This document shows, in pieces, positions 62,695 through 64,000 of a stretch of DNA of 64,000 nt. The stretch comes from an uncultured Candidatus Saccharibacteria bacterium. GTDB taxonomy: Bacteria; Patescibacteriota; Saccharimonadia; Saccharimonadales; JAGQNJ01. The notes under the pieces were generated by a model, which was given only the letters and a program-made list of their open reading frames with translations, was not told the origin of the DNA and ran no database searches. Position 1 is the first letter of the stretch. Each line of letters starts with the position of its first letter. The translations under genes and the position numbers were made by a program. The stretch covers positions 10,054 through 74,053 of the forward strand of contig CAZNZL010000002.1 of NCBI GenBank assembly GCA_964577565.1. The letters run 5' to 3'.

Positions 62695-63495
62695 ATGCTC
62701 AAAACACAACACAAGCCTCAGGTTTTGATCGTCCTCCCTACCCTTGGTAAGCGCATTTCATTTCTTCGCCAGACCCTTGAGTCTATTTCCCGACAGCAAA
62801 CAGGTTTATATGATCTCGTCTTTATCTATCCCCTAAACAACAATGAGGTATCGAAACTTGCAAAACAATATGGGGCAGCATCTGTAGCAGATCCGGGTGG
62901 GCTATCGGCAGCTATAAATGCAGGCATCGCAACAGCAAAACCACACCACAAATATATAAGCTGGATAGGTGATGATGACCTCTTGACAGAATCTTCGTTA
63001 ACTCTGGCTGTGCAAGCACTTAATAAAAATCCTCATGCGCCTGTGGCTTTCGGTAACTGTGAGTATATCAACGACAACAACAAGATTCTCTTTGTCAGCA
63101 AGGCTGGCAGAATTGCTCCTTGGCTTATGACCTGGGGTCCAAATTTATTACCGTGCCCAGGATCGCTTTTTCGTAAATCAAGCCTGCTGTCAGTAGGTGG
63201 TTTTGATGAGTCCAACAAGTATTCTATGGACTTGGATATGTTTCTACGCCTTAAAAAACTTGGTAAATTCATTTATATTAATCAAATTCTTGCTGCCTTT
63301 CGCTGGCACCCCGACTCACTTTCTGTCGCCAGTAGAGATGCCGCTACTAAAGAAGCTGAGATAGTCAAAACGCGCTATATCAACCCCATCTTAAGACCCT
63401 TCTCCCCCCTTTGGTACTATCCGGTGCGGATTTTCTCAAAGTTTGCCGCTCAAAGACTAAATAAAAAAGCGAGTCGCTCCGCAACTTTATTTTAA
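62695..63495 (+). CDS. Glycosyltransferase family 2
   Basis: VLIVLPTLGKR...GDDD motifs. Divergent from the other GT2 gene. Confidence 0.8.
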   Translation: MLKTQHKPQVLIVLPTLGKRISFLRQTLESISRQQTGLYDLVFIYPLNNNEVSKLAKQYGAASVADPGGLSAAINAGIATAKPHHKYISWIGDDDLLTESSLTLAVQALNKNPHAPVAFGNCEYINDNNKILFVSKAGRIAPWLMTWGPNLLPCPGSLFRKSSLLSVGGFDESNKYSMDLDMFLRLKKLGKFIYINQILAAFRWHPDSLSVASRDAATKEAEIVKTRYINPILRPFSPLWYYPVRIFSKFAAQRLNKKASRSATLF

Positions 63496-63551
63496 TAATT
63501 TGATCATCTATCATACAATGGTTCTGATCAAATAAAATCAAGGAGGGGACA

Positions 63552-64000
63552 TTGAAAAAAGCTCTGATTACAGGCATAACCGGACAAGATGGGTCATATT
63601 TAGCAGAATTGCTCCTCGAAAAAGGTTATGAAGTTCATGGCATTGTTCGCCGTTCATCCACATTTAACACAAGTCGCATTGACCACCTATTCAAAGACAT
63701 ACATAAAAAGGACGTAAGGTTATTGCTCCACTTTGGAGATCTTTCTGATGCTAGTAATATTTCGAGATTACTAGAAAGTATACAGCCTGATGAGATCTAC
63801 CACTTAGGCGCACAAAGCCATGTTCGAGTTAGTTTTGATATTCCGGAGTATACTGCAGACGTGACCGGAATTGGCACCTTACGCATACTCGACGCAATTC
63901 GTGAATCTGGTATAAAAACTAAATTCTATCAAGCATCATCATCTGAAATGTTTGGCCTCGTACAGCAAGTTCCGCAAACAGAGAATACGCCATTTTATCC
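63552..64000 (+). CDS. gmd: GDP-mannose 4,6-dehydratase, 5' part (runs off the window end)
   Basis: GGAGGGG SD followed by a TTG start. [35 protein letters not shown] matches the Gmd N-terminus. Confidence 0.9.
   Translation, partial: MKKALITGITGQDGSYLAELLLEKGYEVHGIVRRSSTFNTSRIDHLFKDIHKKDVRLLLHFGDLSDASNISRLLESIQPDEIYHLGAQSHVRVSFDIPEYTADVTGIGTLRILDAIRESGIKTKFYQASSSEMFGLVQQVPQTENTPFY

Noticed and set aside
1-64000. Genome-wide UGA reassignment (code 4 or 25), suggested by the in-frame TGAs at 21996 and 6837.
   Set aside because: Standard-code ORF calling yields intact, full-length genes up to 994 codons. Several genes end at TGA in ATGA-type coupled junctions (tsaC/mazG, murC-like/EEP). Reassigned genomes would appear heavily fragmented.
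1-64000. I looked for CRISPR arrays, rRNA genes, integrases/transposases, reverse transcriptase (DGR/retron) and known defence-system signatures.
   Set aside because: No regularly spaced short repeats, no rRNA-like sequence and no recombinase or RT motifs were seen in any listed ORF. The only mobile-element enzyme recognised is the intron HNH endonuclease.

Overview
This 64 kb window looks like a chromosome segment of a small-genome bacterium with a Gram-positive-type envelope. GC is in the mid-40s % (estimated by eye, not computed). A CPR/Patescibacteria (Saccharibacteria-like) origin is plausible but is only an inference, based on an archaeal-type AspRS, LAxTG-type sorting signals, many secreted CHAP/LysM/GH16/CotH proteins and few biosynthetic genes. 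Most of the window is ordinary. It holds housekeeping genes (aspS, nadD, uppP, murC-like, tsaC, mazG-like, dus, mutY-like, galE, gmd), transporters (MFS, ABC-2 pair, Kef-type CPA2, MscS, CNNM, GltS-like) and an envelope-glycan locus from 51.5 to 64 kb. Six regions stand out.

1. At 5.4-9.0 kb, a tRNA(CAU) is split by a group I intron whose core closely resembles the Azoarcus tRNA-Ile intron as I recall it. The intron carries an antisense HNH homing-endonuclease gene. Directly downstream lie two tandem cassettes with the same boundary elements but unrelated cargo. The second cargo is a sharply GC-rich, codon-atypical gene (7140-8501) for a 453-aa membrane protein that I cannot assign to any family. 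It has a near-consensus promoter and is bracketed by ~260-bp diverged direct repeats. Those repeats encode a small minus-strand ORF with a clear synonymous-substitution signature.
2. At 11.0-18.6 kb there are three tandem mosaic paralogs of an ~820-aa beta-helix surface protein. A fourth copy starts at 516 and runs off the window start. Each complete copy has an LANTG sorting signal followed by an unusual conserved ~48-aa tail. A relic of a lost array member sits between two of them.
3. tRNA-fMet has an att-like duplicate of its 3' end.
4. An HExxH-motif gene is interrupted by a single in-frame TGA.
5. A secreted protein fuses a CHAP amidase to two bulb-type lectin domains.
6. A CotH-kinase protein is flanked by two lamin-tail domains.

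I saw no CRISPR array, rRNA, integrase or transposase. All family calls come from motif recognition by eye. No database search or computation was run.
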